A stretch of DNA of 64,000 nucleotides from Alloascoidea hylecoeti (lineage: Eukaryota). Numbering within the stretch: position 1 is the stretch's first letter; every line of letters begins with the position of its first letter. The translations under genes were made by a program, and so were the position numbers. This document shows positions 25,972 to 39,250 of the stretch, piece after piece. The notes beneath the pieces are model-generated. The model did not search any database. It saw only the letters and a list, made by a program, of their open reading frames with translations, and was not told where the DNA came from. The DNA lies in contig BCKZ01000004.1 of the NCBI GenBank assembly GCA_001600815.1, forward strand, positions 310,001 through 374,000, in the 5' to 3' direction.

Positions 25972-28524
25972 TTACCGAAGGCTAGTTTCAAGCTTTTGTA
26001 TCCTTATTAATCCACAGGCACTACCAGAAGCAAACCAGTTGCTAAATTCTCTATTCGGATTCCAGGATAACGCTGTGATTTGATTATTATATGGAAATAT
26101 TAAAGATTTCTTTTTTTGGAAATCGATAAGTTTCTAAAAGAAAAAGAAAAAGAAAAAATCGCTGTTAGTTGTTTTATAATTTTCGAGGTGTCCTTTTTAT
26201 ATAAGAAAACAAATTCAAGTACAATGCATGCTCCTTTTTAGAAAAATGCTTACCTCTGCTTTATGCCAATCTAAATAACGATACGTGTTTTCTTTTTCGC
26301 TATATTCAAGAGTGTATAACGATATTTGAGAATAGATCTATATTGTTCATTTAAGTTAGTATAACATCTTGACTGAAAACAAAAAAAAACTTCCAATATT
26401 CTCATACCTTTGACATGGTTTTTCCTGATCCAAATGCTCTTCTAGCACTATTTGCAAGTATAACATCTCCATCAGCACCTGAACTTATTATAAAAGGATG
26501 ATGGGGTGATACAGCAGCAGTGGATATAGATCCACAATGAGTTGTCAATAAGTTGCCGTGTTTTATAGCCAATATTGGATAGAATTTAACTGAAGTGCTA
26601 TCTACACCAATGAAGGAATGCAGAAATTGAGAATATGCGGTGACCGATGATATCTCTAAATGAATAGTAGTTTAGGTTAGCATTTAATTCAAATACGACA
26701 AGAAGAAACGGTGCAAAAGTGTTATACCTTTAGTTCTAGATGATGATACAACCAATGATTGTAAATCATTAGTATCACATATCTTTTGATACCCATCTGT
26801 TGAGGTGGTGAATATAAGATTGGATTTTTCTGGGAAGGCAGTACTAATAGAATAAATATAAGATTCATGAATTGGAACTAAGAATGAAGGTCTATCAGCT
26901 ATAAAATCAGAAAAAAGAAGTTAATATATTGATAATCATGATGATGATAAGTTTTGATATTCTAGCATACCAACTTCTGAAGTATCTTCTAAATCAAATT
27001 CCGATATTTCGCCTAAAAATTCATATAAAAGTATTCAGTTAGTTTGTTAATTAATGAAATGTAAAGTATTATAATCTTACCATTTGCTGTTCCAACTGCT
27101 ATAGCACTTAATGTTCTCCATGTGGCACAAGAAATATATATATCACCGAGGTTAAATTCTCTTGATGGGGAAGAAATAATTTCAAATTTGCTTTGTAAAT
27201 CTTCATTGATATAATTATCATTCGATTCATTAGTAGTATCTATATTAGTATTATGAGATAAATCCAATGAAAATACTCTTAATAAACCATCAGAAAATAC
27301 AGCTGAACAAACAACTTCATTTGAATTACTTTCACTAACTGGTCTCCAATCTAAAGACCAATGGGCACCCCAGTTAATATTAAAGCAAAATCCTTTAGTA
27401 AGTTCTGTTTTACCTGTTGTTGTATCGATTTCATAAATCATTAGAGTTGAAGAAAAGGGATAAAGCAGTTTGCGATGATTATTTTCATTATCATTTGATG
27501 ATGATGATGGTTCCTTTAATTTTGGAAACATAGATAGACTTGGATCAACAATTGACGAATTATCTAAATCTTTACCCAATATACTTACAGATAAGTATTG
27601 CTTTTTATCATTAAAGCCCGGTAGCCATTTAACACAAGTAATATATTTGTTTGCATTTATAATCGACCCTAATATATCTGATTGTGGGAAATAATTTGAT
27701 AATTGGATTATTTGATGTGATTTTAACCATACTTCTTCTTGATTAAAACCCAATCTTAATTTTAACGGAGGAATTTTCATCATTTCATCAACGACTCTAG
27801 TCAAAAAAAAAACAGTTAAATAAAATAAAGGTTAGCTTTTTTTATTTTATAAATTGGTGTGGAATCACAATTAATGATATACCGGTACATACTCATCTGG
27901 TGTATTTGAAACAATTGACTTTGATATACTATTTAAAAATAAAGGGGTTTCAACAGGTATTTCAAAATCATAACCATTCGGAATAATTGCATTATTATTA
28001 TTATCGCTTTTTAGCATTGAATCGGGAAACATATAAATAAATTGTTGCCATTCGATTTTCTTTTTAATCAATTCAATTGATAATTGTAAATTTGATCCAT
28101 AAAGAAATAACACCCTATCTTTGACTGTATCTTTCCTTCTTTCCCGTGTGACTGTACGTTTGATACTATTGTCAATGAATGGTAATAATCGTGCTGATGA
28201 GGGTTTCTTTTTTGGCGTTCCTTTATTTTTTGTGTTAACACCTTGTAGTTCATTATCTTCTTTTATATCAGCTACATCAGCGTCTTCCATAATTTCATCA
28301 TTATCACCGTCATCAGAGAAATTATTATTATTTTCTACTTCTTCGGATTCATTTTCATCACTAACATTATCTGCTTTAAAACCTTCATCGTCATCTTCTT
28401 CTACTTCGTTATCAGTTAAATCCGAAAGCCCCTCAACGTCTTTTAATTGTTGAGCATATTCATTCTCCAACTTTGAATAATCAACTGCAGCTTTTCGTCT
28501 CAAAGACCTCCGTGCTGCACTCAT
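25972..28524 (-). CDS. TFC6: TFIIIC tau91 subunit (WD40), multi-exon
   Basis: Acidic N-terminus, WD-type repeats over several GT..AG exons, C-terminal ALSWNPNREFSNWFASGSACGLIRIQKL; the start could instead be 28536. Confidence 0.75.
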
Positions 28525-29211
28525 GATATATTTCATGGTAAGTTGTGATTATTATTATGCTATAAATTCAAATTTATCTTATGGTAAAAACATCCATACA
28601 ACAGAATTACTATTTTAGGATAAGTAACCGCGAAAATCATCTCCTAATGTCACGCCCCACAAAACCTGACTTTTTAAAATACCCAACTCTATACAAAAAT
28701 GACATATAACAGAAGAAGAAATGTCCAGAAACTGAGAAGGGCTTGAGATTTAAAAGACGCGGTTTGTAGCACACTACCGGTTATTACGTAACCTATCCTA
28801 CATAAAATTATTTTGTTATCTCTATCATAACCGTGATCGCTGATGATTGATTGCAATTCCTAATCAAATTCCTCTATAAGTAATTATGATAATGCATTAG
28901 AATTGGTCAATGTTGATATTTAGTCAAATAAAATTATAAGTTAAAAGAATAACTATAAATTGAATCGGCGATAACTGCCTTATCCAAATTTATAACCCTC
29001 GAATTCATGTGATAGGAAATGTATTTGAATATTGACATCTCGCTCAAAGTTTCCTTTATGTATGAGATCTCATACCAATAATTACCACAAGATGGTAAAA
29101 TGATATTTAAACTGATTAATCCCATAATTGAAGGAAGTACAATCTCGAGTGAGTTCAATTGAAATTGCAACATCGCCATACACTTTAGATTTATAATTCA
29201 TACCAAAAATA

Positions 29212-30522
29212 ATGACTCAAACATTCGAAATCTCTCCAAAGCTTCAAGAAACCGTTAAAGGTTATGAAACCTATTCAAAGGGACATTTTGCACCATTGCC
29301 TATTTCAGTTGTCAAATCAAAAGGTTCAAAACTTTGGGATGAGGATAATAAAGAATATATTGATTTCCTTTGTATGTTTTCAGTAACAAATATGGGTCAT
29401 TCACATCCCAAAATCTTAGCAGCTTATCAAAAAACATTAGCTGAATGTCCAATTGCAAATATGGCGGTCTTAAATCCATTGGTACCAAAACTTGGAAAAT
29501 TGTTATGTGAAACATTTAACTATGATAAGTTTATTGAATTTAATGGTGGATCAGAAGCAAACGATGCAGCATTAAAAATTGCAAGAAAATGGGGTTATGA
29601 AGTGAAAAATATTCATCCTAATGATGCTTTGATCATAACAGGTGAGAATTGTTATCATGGCTGTACTATAGCAACCCAATCATTGCAAATCAAGCAAAAT
29701 CCAAGTTTTGGTCCTTTAGTCCCAAACGTTGGTACAAAAACTCCAGATGGTAAAGTAATCAGATATGGTGTAATTGAAGATATTGAAATTGCTTTTCAAA
29801 ATTATTCAAATCAAATAGCAGCAGTAATGTTCGAACCAATTCAAGGAGCAGCAGGAACAGTTAGTCCACCAAAGGGATATTTGAAAGCTGTATATGATCT
29901 CTGTAAGCAGTATAATATTTTGTTTATTGCCGATGAAGTTCAAACAGGATTTGGTAGAACTGGATATCCATTATCTCATCAATCCGAAAATTTCCAAGCC
30001 GATATTGTTACTTTAGGAAAAGCACTTGGTGGCGGAGTTGCAGCAGTTTCCGGTGTTCTTGGTACAAAAGAAGTTATGAAAAATGTTAAAAATTCTGATT
30101 TTGGTGCAACTATGGCAGGAAATCCACCAGGTATGGCGGCAGCAATAGCAGCAACCCAAGTTTTATTCGAAGAAAAATTATCTGAAAGATCTTTAGAAAT
30201 GGGTAAAGTTTTAGTTGATTATATTACAAAAATGAATCCACCACATGTTAAAGGATTTGATGGATCGGGATTGTTTTTATGTGTTATTATTGATGAAAAA
30301 CCACCGAAAGTTACCGGTAGAAGAATATGTGCATTGGCAATTAGAAAAGGTCTAGTTGTAACTGCTTCAAGTATGCTTCCAAATAGAATTAGATTGAGTC
30401 CTCCATTGAATATTCCCGAGGAAGAGTTATTGGCGGGAGCCGATATTTTGATTGAAAGTCTAAAAGAAGTTGAAAGCACTGAAGGACATATTCCCGGTGA
30501 ACTGAACACCCAATTTTTATAA
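29212..30522 (+). CDS. Class-III PLP aminotransferase, divergent ornithine-aminotransferase-like
   Basis: EPIQG.AG, FIADEVQTGFGRTG, LGKALGGG (PLP lysine), IRLSPPL; intronless. Confidence 0.9.
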   Translation: MTQTFEISPKLQETVKGYETYSKGHFAPLPISVVKSKGSKLWDEDNKEYIDFLCMFSVTNMGHSHPKILAAYQKTLAECPIANMAVLNPLVPKLGKLLCETFNYDKFIEFNGGSEANDAALKIARKWGYEVKNIHPNDALIITGENCYHGCTIATQSLQIKQNPSFGPLVPNVGTKTPDGKVIRYGVIEDIEIAFQNYSNQIAAVMFEPIQGAAGTVSPPKGYLKAVYDLCKQYNILFIADEVQTGFGRTGYPLSHQSENFQADIVTLGKALGGGVAAVSGVLGTKEVMKNVKNSDFGATMAGNPPGMAAAIAATQVLFEEKLSERSLEMGKVLVDYITKMNPPHVKGFDGSGLFLCVIIDEKPPKVTGRRICALAIRKGLVVTASSMLPNRIRLSPPLNIPEEELLAGADILIESLKEVESTEGHIPGELNTQFL

Positions 30523-32102
30523 TTATAACGTTAACGCTGTTATACGAGATAGATCCTAGAATATTTTATATATATATGTCCTTCTCTGGAAAAGTTTTTC
30601 CGGAACTCAAGGAATATCAACCATATTTAACAAAGTTTTTCCGAGATATTTAAATGAGTATAAATATTTGTATTTTCCCAACTACTATTTTGTATCACAT
30701 GCACGCATATCCACAGACAGTGGAACCATATCTACAATACTCCCGCAGATGATGTCATGGCGACCATGCTAACTATTGGCGATGAGGTGTCAATATGCTT
30801 TGAAGTTTGAGGTAAAATTGAAATTGAACTTGTCGCAACTTCTTATATGTATGTACATGTTTAGAATTGTCAAATCACTCCATATTCTCACTCATTTTAT
30901 AATTATCTATAAATCATTACAAAAATAGAGCCATGTTATAATATTACTGTATAAAATGGGGTTTTAACTTATTTTTAAGGAGTAAATTGCCGGAAAATCT
31001 AATTAAATTTACAAGATGAAATACGAACGTTAGAATTAAAATTGAATGAAAATTGAAGAGTGAAAATCATCTGAATTCGAAAAAAGAAGATTTTTAATGA
31101 TGAGGAGCAGAAGAAAAACCATCGGGAATGGCCAGTTTATGATGTAATAACAACAAATTATTTTACAGCCTTTTTTCTGTACTGGGATATAATTCGGCTG
31201 AAGTCTGATTTTATTCGACGATACTATATTATAATTAAATGAACATGGTCTTGGATGTCATCTTTCAAAAATTGCTTACATCTCATACAAAATTATTATT
31301 TAATATTACATTTTACGGGATTATTGTTTATTCTAGATCTCTATTTTATTGAAAAGTATACCCGTAGGTATTCGTGCATACTCATATTAAGAAGACACTT
31401 CCTATCTACACATCTATGTAGTTATTTATAGCCAATTGGTCCTCCAGCTACCAATATAGTTATCTAAATTGAGATAAATTCAGTAAATCAACTTTCTATT
31501 TGCATTAATTGAGACTCAAGAGGATGGACCGAAGTACCGCGGCCAATCTTTTCATTATCATATACACGTGCACATGTATGACCATGGCGCTCAGCTTTTA
31601 AAATGATCATGATTAATATTGATTAGCTGTAGCACAATTAACAGTGTTAAGGTAGATCCGGAGATTTCTGGATATTCCCAAATTCCAATAATATTAATAT
31701 AATTTTCATTGTATGTAATTAAGAAAGATTTTTCATCTTGCTAGGTCTTTAACCGTTGGGCTAAGTATACAGTAATAATAAATCCTTGAAATAATTACAA
31801 TTATCTAACAATTTTTGATATCGATATTAATGTTAGTGTTAATATTGATTTTAATGATCATGATTCATGAATAGTTGAATATATAGATAGCTAGGACTCA
31901 ATATCAGAACAATTACAATATTTATACAATAGTATGCATCATAAATACGGTTATGGCACGTGCTTCTAATGATCGTTATCGGCCAATAAAATGACAATAA
32001 GCATGAGAATTAAGTGAAAAAAGAGCTTGGCAGCTAGAACTGAAAAAGTAAAAAGTGAGAAATTTCTTTCTTTTATTTTACTGGATTTCTTAAAATTAAA
32101 GA

Positions 32103-32612
32103 ATGGGATTATTTTCTCACAAAACAGCAGAAGAAAAAATTCGTGCAAAACAAGAAAAGGAAAGGATCAAGGCAGAAAAGAGGAGTCTTCAGGATGAGAA
32201 GAGAAGGGTTCAACAACAAAGACTCGAAGAAGAGAGGATGTTACGCCAACAACGAATCGATGCGATGAGAGAGCAAGAACAGATCCGGAGGATGAATTTT
32301 GCTAGGCAACAGCAGCAGCAGCAACAACAACAACAGTACGCTTATAATAATAATAATAGAGGACCGATGTATGGGCAACAGCAACCATATTACGGTAACA
32401 GAAATGGCGGAGGTCCAGGAATGGGTTCCGGTAGGGGCTCAGGAATGGGGGGTGCCATGATGGGAGTAGGTGGCGGATTACTTGGGGGCTTGCTCATCGG
32501 CGAAATGTTTCAACATGAACAACAGGAGGCCTATAATGATGGTTACAATGATGGAGGTGGTGGAGATGATTACGGTGGCGATTTCGGTGGTGATGGAGGA
32601 GGAGATTTCTGA
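32103..32612 (+). CDS. Low-complexity Q/G/Y-rich protein with a Wwm1-like C-terminus
   Basis: Charged coiled-coil N-terminus, polyQ, GVGGGLLGGLLIGEMF...GGDFGGDGGGDF. Confidence 0.75.
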   Translation: MGLFSHKTAEEKIRAKQEKERIKAEKRSLQDEKRRVQQQRLEEERMLRQQRIDAMREQEQIRRMNFARQQQQQQQQQQYAYNNNNRGPMYGQQQPYYGNRNGGGPGMGSGRGSGMGGAMMGVGGGLLGGLLIGEMFQHEQQEAYNDGYNDGGGGDDYGGDFGGDGGGDF

Positions 32613-32882
32613 TTTATTTTAGGTATACGACCAGATACGATGCATGGTGTTATTTTAATACTTGCTGCTGATATCCACACAATCATGCGGCAGTGCATAT
32701 GCATGATACTACTGGGCGGTAGTATGCACTTATGCATCAGTGGCACCACTGGCACCGCATTGGTCGTTGTGCATATATAATATAAAAATAATTTAGATAT
32801 ATTAATCTCATATTTTCTTCTTTTTTCTTCTTTTTTTGTTTACTCCGTCAAACCTCCTTTTTTTTTTCAGTCTGCCACCGTC

Positions 32883-34064
32883 ATGTCTTCAGGAAACATT
32901 TCTCCCGTCTATCACAGTATGCAAATGCCTTCCAATACAGAGGGAACACGAACCCGAATGAACTCTTTGATTGAAACAAACCCCTATTGGATGGACGATC
33001 TGCTGGAACTCAACTGCTTAGAACAATCTCTAACCAACGAAACTTCGCATACCACCCCTGACGATGTTTTTGATTATGACTCCCTACTCTCTTCAAACCT
33101 GGGATTATGTTCTCCCCCAACCACATCTGCCTCAGGCCAACACATCATGTTTCCCTTGAGCAAAGTAAGCACAATTGCTTCTTATCCTCCCTCTCAATAC
33201 ACTTCCCAAGTATCTTCTTTGGTTTCTTCACGTGTCGTTTCCGCAGTATCCTCTCAGGTATCAACCCCTTTAATCAATTACACGAAGTTACCAACAAATT
33301 GGGAAGAATCCAGCTTTTCTCTTGACAATCCTACTAATAATGGTGACTTGTCAATTAAAATTGAAGATGATAACTCTTTAACTTCTTCATCATCATCTGC
33401 CGAAAACACTCCTGCTCCTTTATCCTTAAATTCCAATTCTTCTCAACAGTTGCAACAGTTGCAACAGTTGCAGAATTTACCCGCAGACTCTTCTGCAACC
33501 TTAATATCTTCGGGTATTGATTCTGTTGATCAGTCTCAAAACAAACTCCAATCACCTTCACAAATTCAAACACAACAACCAGTAAAGCAAAAGAAGAAGA
33601 GAGCACCAAGAAAAAGATTAACCCAGCATCAAAAGCAAGCCCACAATAAGATTGAAAAAAGGTATCGTACTAATATAAATGACAAAATTGCTGGTTTAAA
33701 AGATATTGTACCATGGCTATCGAATGAACCAACGGCATTTGAGACAGGTAAGAATTCATTAACTTCTTCAACTGCGGGAACAGGAACAACTACGCCTGTT
33801 GACTCAAATGACGATGATGGGAATTCTCTAAAATTAAATAAAACAATGATTTTAGACAAAGCCACTTCATACATTTTATACTTAAAAGATATGAATATGA
33901 AAATGCATAATGAAAATCAATTCTTAAGAAATGAATTGAAACGATTAAGTCAATTACAGATGCATCAAAATAATACATCATCTTCATCTTCAAATGGTAA
34001 TATGAGTAATCACCCATTAGGTGGTGGAATGAATCAGGTGTTACAGCACGGCATGAATTGTTGA
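32883..34064 (+). CDS. TYE7: SREBP-type bHLH transcription factor
   Basis: RAPRKRLTQHQKQAHNKIEKRYRTNINDKI...IVPW...TAFE, KLNKTMILDKATSYI. Confidence 0.85.
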   Translation: MSSGNISPVYHSMQMPSNTEGTRTRMNSLIETNPYWMDDLLELNCLEQSLTNETSHTTPDDVFDYDSLLSSNLGLCSPPTTSASGQHIMFPLSKVSTIASYPPSQYTSQVSSLVSSRVVSAVSSQVSTPLINYTKLPTNWEESSFSLDNPTNNGDLSIKIEDDNSLTSSSSSAENTPAPLSLNSNSSQQLQQLQQLQNLPADSSATLISSGIDSVDQSQNKLQSPSQIQTQQPVKQKKKRAPRKRLTQHQKQAHNKIEKRYRTNINDKIAGLKDIVPWLSNEPTAFETGKNSLTSSTAGTGTTTPVDSNDDDGNSLKLNKTMILDKATSYILYLKDMNMKMHNENQFLRNELKRLSQLQMHQNNTSSSSSNGNMSNHPLGGGMNQVLQHGMNC

Positions 34065-34273
34065 TGCTTGATAAGTATAATAATTAACATTCTGGGGAGT
34101 CAGAGTCAATGCCTATAACTAGGACAAGATACACACTACAAATTAAATTCAATATAAAATAATTATACGTCATGGGAAAACAGAAATTGTAACCATCAGG
34201 ATAAAAAATAAAGTGGTTACAGAATATCACTGGTTCCAATAAATATTATATATTGTTGGTTATTTTCATTCTC

Positions 34274-34297
34274 AAAAAAAAAAAAAAAAAAAAAAAA
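34274..34297. repeat. poly(A) tract
   Basis: 24 consecutive A. Confidence 0.9.
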
Positions 34298-34473
34298 CTA
34301 ATTTTATTGTTATTATTATTAACTACTCTTATATGCTCCTTCTATTATTAAGAAGTAGCCTTTTCTTCTGATTAAAAGATATTTTTTTATTTTGCATATT
34401 AAAATTGAAAACAAGAAATACCATCTGCAATGCCTTAGTGATTTGTCACTGCAACTGGTTATCACACAAAAAA

Positions 34474-34475
34474 AT

Positions 34476-34509
<34 letters not shown>
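34474..34509. repeat. (ATTT)n microsatellite
   Basis: About 9 tandem units. Confidence 0.9.
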
Positions 34510-34513
<4 letters not shown>

Positions 34514-35035
34514 TTTGCTTATCTACTGATATCTACTAAGAATATATATGCATGAAACTTTCCAGAATGAAAGTATGAAAAGAAGAGAGAGCATCATCAA
34601 TTTTTCATTCGAATTCAAGCATTCAATTACGATTACGATATGACGACACACACTCATTTTAGTTAGTACAACAGCTTCAACTATAGTTATATATTTATTT
34701 ATTTATTATTCATATATATCCAAGATGCTTATATGGCAAGATGGAAATGATATGATACCGGCCGTTTATTACCACTACCGATATGGGTTTACATCAATTG
34801 TTTTAGTCCATTAAATAAAATGATACTGGAGCTACACCACAATTACAATTACAATTACAAATTATTGAATGCATGGACGAATGATTAGTGACCATAAATG
34901 CGTACTATTCTTTTTTATGAAATTGAACAGGCTTTTTCGGTATTTTGATTCATATTTTTATATTGATTAAGGCTTTTCATTTGTTGTTTAGTAAGGTTAA
35001 AGTTTTTTTGTTTTTTGTTTTACTATTTGCTATTG

Positions 35036-35080
35036 TTAGATAGATATTAGATATTAGATATTAGATTAGATTAGATTAGA
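35036..35080. repeat. (TTAGATA)/(TTAGA) compound microsatellite
   Basis: ttagatagatattagatattagatattagattagattagattaga. Confidence 0.8.
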
Positions 35081-38000
35081 GATGTTTATTTTTTTCATTA
35101 TTTGTTGTCATTTTGTCTTTCAACTTAAATTGTGTTTTAGGCCGCGTAACAGGCAGGCTGGATAATTGACCTTAATTATAACTTGTAATTGAAACCTTTG
35201 AAGGCTTATTTATTTATTTATGATAATGACAGATTAAGTAATTAATTAAGTTTCAATTTGTTCAGGAGAGAAATTAGTTAATAATAGCTTTAATATAAAT
35301 GATATTAACAGTGGTTTTATTATAATTACATGTGGTTGTTATTATAGATAAATATTAACTATAGGATTAATCTTATGGATGTCGTATTGTCAATAATACT
35401 CGATATCGATGTAAGCATAACTGTTTGGTGTGGAACTGCGGAAACATCGGAGTGAGATCCGGATCATAGAGAGTTCCAGGTATCTGAATTAACAATATAT
35501 AAGGTATAATCGGATCCGGATATGTGCTATGTGAGTATATATGTGGGATTACAGAAGGTGAGACGAGCTTTTATAGGAGGGGAAAGCATCTGACTCGAGT
35601 GATATGATCTAACGTTAACAATATAACTTATATGTGATTCCAATAATGGTTCCAATTCTCTGGATCTGTTAGTCATCGAGGGTATTGTTGTATAAAATTT
35701 AATGATTCTCACAAGTAGGAGAATCATTCATCAACTAAACTCCAATATAAAATAATAAAATTAGTTATGAATAAGTTCCATCTAACTCCGCTATCATAAA
35801 AGAAACGGAAAAGGAGACAAGCGAGGGTGATCACAGCTCTATAGAGTGTAGGCACCGGGTAGTGGTAATCCTTAATATAAAACATCTCCTATATATTAAA
35901 CTGCAATCTACTCCAAGAAGCTCAGGATTTGAGTGCGTGGATTCAATAACTACACAATGAATAGGATATTTGACTACAGAACATTGGCAGCAAGCGCTAC
36001 AGTTCACCACTCTTAGTCTCTCACTAACTCTGAAATATAGTGTAAGTGGATTAAACAAATTGATTATCACTGTATCACTGTATCACCAACATCCTCAAAC
36101 GTATACTCACCATTCAGCTTAATGCATGCCGAGAAAAAAAAAAGGGAGGGTGGGACCAACAAAAATTGTTAAATTATAGACCAATGGGACTAAAGTGGTA
36201 ACTTGGATTCATAATATGTAAGGGATAATAAAGTGAAACCCTTACATACGGTAAGTTCAAAGTTGTCGTCAGTAACCAAAAAATCTTCACCTAATCATCA
36301 TCACCGTAATAAGCCATACCACAGGAAACTCCATGGTTATAAATTATATGCTCTGTTCTGTTATGTATAGGTATCAAAGCTTCAATTAAAATAATAGAAC
36401 ATAAAGATTTTTAGTTAAACATTTTCATAGTAGTATACATGTATTTATTTATCTGGAAGAAATATTATAATTATATCATAGTCTGAAATCAGCTGCAGAA
36501 ATGCCATAATTATAACTTAGAATTGAAAATTCCTATTAAATATTATTAGCAGTATTTTATATATATTCTTTCTTTGAATTCCAGAAACAATATATAAGTT
36601 TATATCTTATAGTATTCAAGTTTTAAATCAACTGCCTATTTGTGGATTTAATATACCTACAGATATATATTCTCAATTGAATGGACCGAAACTTTATTAT
36701 AAATGAGAACGAAAAAGATCTAAATATAGTTGATTATAAGTTCATTGTTGATAATCATTGAAACTGTTGGGATATATTATTATATATAGTTATAAATTAT
36801 GTATTTTAATCCACTGTAATTAAAAGCTTATTATATAATATAATGCTACACACTCAGATTATATTATGAATTTATGATGTGATATTCATATACCGTATGT
36901 TACAATCAACGTCAAAAATGTTTGAGTCATTCTTGCAAATTAAAACAGGCTTTATATTTAAATTTAGCTCTAGCTAGTCATACTCTTTTTTCTTTTTCTC
37001 TACTAGTTTTGAGTTCAAATATTATCGATATATCGATCTCATCATTCTCATTACTAATATATATTAATATTGCAATGTTCACTAATTCATATAGGTAATA
37101 GGTACATATATATAAATGATCATTAATATTTAAGATGAAGGCTTAAGCTTAAGCTTTCAGCCATGCTACAGTTAACCATTAATATTTATAAACAAAAGAA
37201 AAAAACTTTTCTTAATGGTTAACGTTGTCTAGTCATATAGATGATATATTTTTCCTTTTTTGGTTTCTATTAATAATACGGTATTATTTTTGATTAATAT
37301 TTTGTTATTATATAATCAATCGTTTGATCAAATTAACATTAATATATATATATATATTAATTTTAAAAACCTTTTACTTCGCCACATATTTCTTAATGAT
37401 TTCTTATCATACGTTTGTTATATCTTATTATAATTATAAGTTATATTAGTTAAAAAGTGCTACCTTAATTATAACTAATACGGTGATTTATAAGCTAAGG
37501 TTGAAAATTGCTAGATCACATGGCTGAAATTAAATGGAACAACTATCTGCAACTACACATCTAACCAAATTTGCAACTGAATCTGGACCATGAAGCTTAT
37601 CAATATCATAATATTGATGTTGTGACCATACCAGTATAATATCAAGCTTTAGTTAACATATAATCGATATAAATATATCCTTCTCAGTAGTAATATTATT
37701 ATAGTATCTAGTCGACATACCATAATAAATAAATTGATAAGGCTATCGGTAGCTAACGTTACTAGTATAGCTATATGTTAATCAAAAGATGATAGCGAAT
37801 TATTAACCGAGGACAACACAGCATACTTAAGATTCTCTATACTGTATCGGTATATATGGTTAGAAATGATCGATGGGAATATATCTAGATAGTAGGAAGT
37901 AACCCCCAGTTTCAATGATTTGGTATTAAGTATATCATGATATAAACTCTGGATCCATATAAGCTTATAGCGTATTTGGAGGAGAAAATCGTCAGTTGGA

Positions 38001-39250
38001 GAATCAGATACAGTTCAAACTCGATTTCTAGACGATAACCAGTGGCAGTCAATAAGGACAGTCTACTGATATAATATATTATTGAAATTGGAATTTTTGT
38101 ACTTATCTGATTTCAGTGAAAAAGGAATTGTAAGTATATGCATATGTGATATAATTACTTTTTTAATATTTGATTTATATAAGAATTTCACTTTCTTTTT
38201 GCTTTTGTTTTTCCTTTACCTTTATTTTCCTTAGGATTATTACCACCATCATCCTTTTTTTGTTTATCATTTAAAAATCCTCCATTTTCTAATGCTTCTT
38301 GAGTGCACTGGCAAATCATTCTAAAACGTGTTGGACCAATTGGCGTTCCTCCATACTGTCTTGTTACTACAACAAGAACATTAAATGCCCCTGTTCGCTG
38401 GGGTTAGTGTTAGTAACTACTAAATAGAAGCTTATACATGTTTTTAATGTTTATGTTTCTTTAATTGGTGTATACATACTTGGATCACTGATAATATCCT
38501 ATCACCACCAGATGTTTCGCCATCATCATGGGAACCTGTGTATATTCGATTAGTGAACTCAAGTAAATGAATAATCACTTTTTTTTTGCTTTTTTGGCAG
38601 TTGGAGGGAACATAAATTAAAATTAATGGCTTAATTAACTTACCTTGTGAGATTAAGTTTTTATCACCTATTCTCCAAGCACTAATATTATGTGTAGACT
38701 TGGGAATGATATCATCATTTCTTTTTAATTCATTGATTAATCTGTCAATTTCATTACAGCTTTGAATCGATATTGCACGGCCTATAAATCTTGACTTTTT
38801 TTCAATTAATAGTGAAGATGTTGACCATGGTGATGTTGATGATGAAATAAACCGAGATTGAAATTTTAACTGTTGCTGATTATGATACGTATTAAAATTA
38901 ATGAAGTCTGTAGATTAAACATACTTTTATAGGTATTAATTAGCATACTTTCTTTATATAATTAATGATATGGGTGCTTTTCATGTTGCTATAATTACAG
39001 GACAAAATGAAAGATTTGATTATATAATGTCAATCATGTGACCTTATCGTTTTTTTAGCTAAATACCGCTTTAAGAAGGTTGTAGCGGGAGTTTCTTGTG
39101 CTCCACGCTTTTTAGCGGAGGTGGGATCGGCTTTATAATATGCTTATCTTTTTGAAACTTTATATACCCAAACAATAGAAGTATAATACACATATAATTA
39201 CCCTTTCCCCTCTAACCTATTTCCAAATTAATAATTAATAATAATAAACT

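Noticed and set aside
28537..29211. B-box (ETC6-like autoregulatory site) in the TFC6 promoter
   Set aside because: The best candidate, AGTTCAATTGA near 29152, lacks the invariant C
35701..35728. 10-bp hairpin AATGATTCTC/GAGAATCATT
   Set aside because: Isolated and AT-rich; expected by chance at this scale
37990..38034. GTTCAAAC tRNA T-loop-like motif
   Set aside because: No cloverleaf or A-box; no tRNA gene supported anywhere in the window
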